From positions 12,958,001 through 13,022,000 of the forward strand of contig NC_135813.1 of assembly GCF_964213995.1 (NCBI RefSeq): a DNA stretch of 64,000 bases, given 5' to 3'. Under the pieces are notes generated by a model, which was given only the letters and a program-made list of their open reading frames with translations, did not search any database and was not told the DNA's origin. The stretch comes from Mustelus asterias (taxonomy: Eukaryota). The position numbers were made by a program, and so were the translations under genes. Positions 62,405-64,000 of the stretch are shown piece after piece; the stretch's first letter is position 1, and the number at the start of each line of letters is the position of its first letter.

Positions 62405-63963
62405 CATTAGGCATGGGATTGAGAAACTTAAATCGCATTTTGTATGGGACCCTGACTGCCAGCAGAAAAAGCAAAGACTTCTCGTTAATGTGGGCTGATT
62501 ATGAAGCCAGAAGCAGATATGAAAGACCAGAGTCTAATGAACTACAACACCTAACTCTCACTCCAAGAAAAATAATTTATCACCCGAGTCAGTCCATATA
62601 CATGCAAACAAACTTAAGTAAAACAATAAGCATAGATGTTACATGGATTGCATATTTAAGTGTTTCTAGTTCATTAGTGATGAGTAATCAAGTCGACACA
62701 AATCTTGCAATGCAATGCTTACCTCATCACTGAAATATCTGGATCAATTTTCAACAGAAGCGTAACATATTTAAGCAAGATTTCAAATGAGCAGTTTACT
62801 TATCCTGACAACTGCCAGCTAATGTGGGAAATATATTCAGTGAAAGTTGCTTACTCAATAAACAAGCTGTTCTGTGTGACTGAATTTGTGCCAGAAAGAT
62901 TTCTTTTAAAAACAAGTCTTCCTGGCGATATCAAATTTACCCAAGGTTTGCATGTGATCCATGTGTTGCAGCAAGTTCACTAACTAAATTGGAAGATTTT
63001 TTATCCATCACAGAACTTGATTACTTGTTAACGCAAGAAAAAAAAAACTTTTCTCCCTTGCACTAGTGGACAAGGTCAGAGTTTTCACAAGATAAAGTGC
63101 CTTACAAATATCTTAATGTCATTTGTAATAGTTCTTGTTTCAATCGAGTTTCTTTGTGTTATGATTCCTGTGGACACTGATAATTTAAAAAAGATATTTG
63201 AATTCCCAGTGACCAACTTAACAAACGTGCAACAAGATTTCAAATTTCAAGGCTTTTATGGTAACAGACTAAAATTTACAAAGACTAAACATTACTTAGT
63301 AGGAAACTAATATTCTAACTACAAAAAGATGAATCCTAATTAATGATACACAGTCTCCACAGAATTATCATATTTTCAGGAAACTGTCTACGGTCATTCC
63401 CTGTGTCCAATGGGTTAATTTCTCCCCATTTCACCCAGTTGCAATGTCCATCGACCAGAGGTCCTATTCCAGAACAGACTTTTGATAGTTAGGCCCACTC
63501 CAGTGATTTCTTCTCCTGGTCTCACCAGAGCAAATACTCCAGTGCAAAACTGCTGCTGATTCCTCCTCTTCAACCAGTGGACAAGTTTACCCCAGCAGTC
63601 TGTCTGGTAGTTAACAGAGAAAATGACCCTTTCTCATGTAGACCACATGGTGTTTCTGATACAGTCTCTCTGGGTCCAGGGCTTTTTTTGAATCAGATCA
63701 CCTGGGAGTCTGCAAGTCTTCACGACAAGGCTTCTCTCTGTGCTCAAATGTGAAACATGGCACGTGCGTTCATTAAGATCCTAGGCCTCCTGTCATTGTG
63801 GTAACCATCAGCTGGCCTGTCGGCGGGCAATGTCCAATACAACTTCACACCAACCCCCATTCCATTCTGTTTTCCTCTAAATTAAACCGAGAGAGATAAT
63901 TTAAACATAATCATCTTCGGGGGCATAGTGGTATTGTCACTAGATGAGTAATCCAGCTTCGTC

Positions 63964-64000
63964 AGCTCTGACAAAGGGCCATCCGGACTTGAAACGTTGG
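63964..64000 (+). mobile_element. Family-2 Penelope-derived repeat start with mutated hammerhead core
   Basis: CTGACAA-AGGGCCATCCGGACTT-GAAA-CG-TT-GG, cut off by the window end; follows a SacSINE1-like head at ~63919. Confidence 0.5.

Noticed and set aside
1-64000. CRISPR arrays or prokaryotic systems
   Set aside because: Eukaryotic intron-containing sequence with no regularly spaced direct-repeat array.

Overview
Vertebrate genomic DNA, most likely an elasmobranch (shark) judged from its repeats: HE1-like and SacSINE1-like SINEs, abundant CR1 LINEs, and Penelope and Rex1/Babar fragments. The only recognisable protein-coding gene is the 3' end of MED27 (Mediator subunit 27) on the minus strand: three coding exons (61562-61603, 52533-52610, 47656-47790) and a short 3' UTR with two AATAAA signals. 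The ~47 kb downstream of MED27 (lower coordinates) looks intergenic and is dominated by nested transposable elements. Highlights: (1) Penelope-derived repeats carrying minimal hammerhead ribozyme motifs, including a ~780-bp fold-back element with one hammerhead on each strand; (2) a TSD-bounded 2.2-kb ORF1-only (HAL1-like) L1 derivative with internal tandem repeats; (3) one SINE head carrying two different LINE-like tails; (4) inverted duplications of target DNA at retroposon 5' junctions; (5) a speculative phase-compatible chain of unannotated minus-strand exons. All assignments were made by eye without database searches, and most repeat boundaries are approximate.
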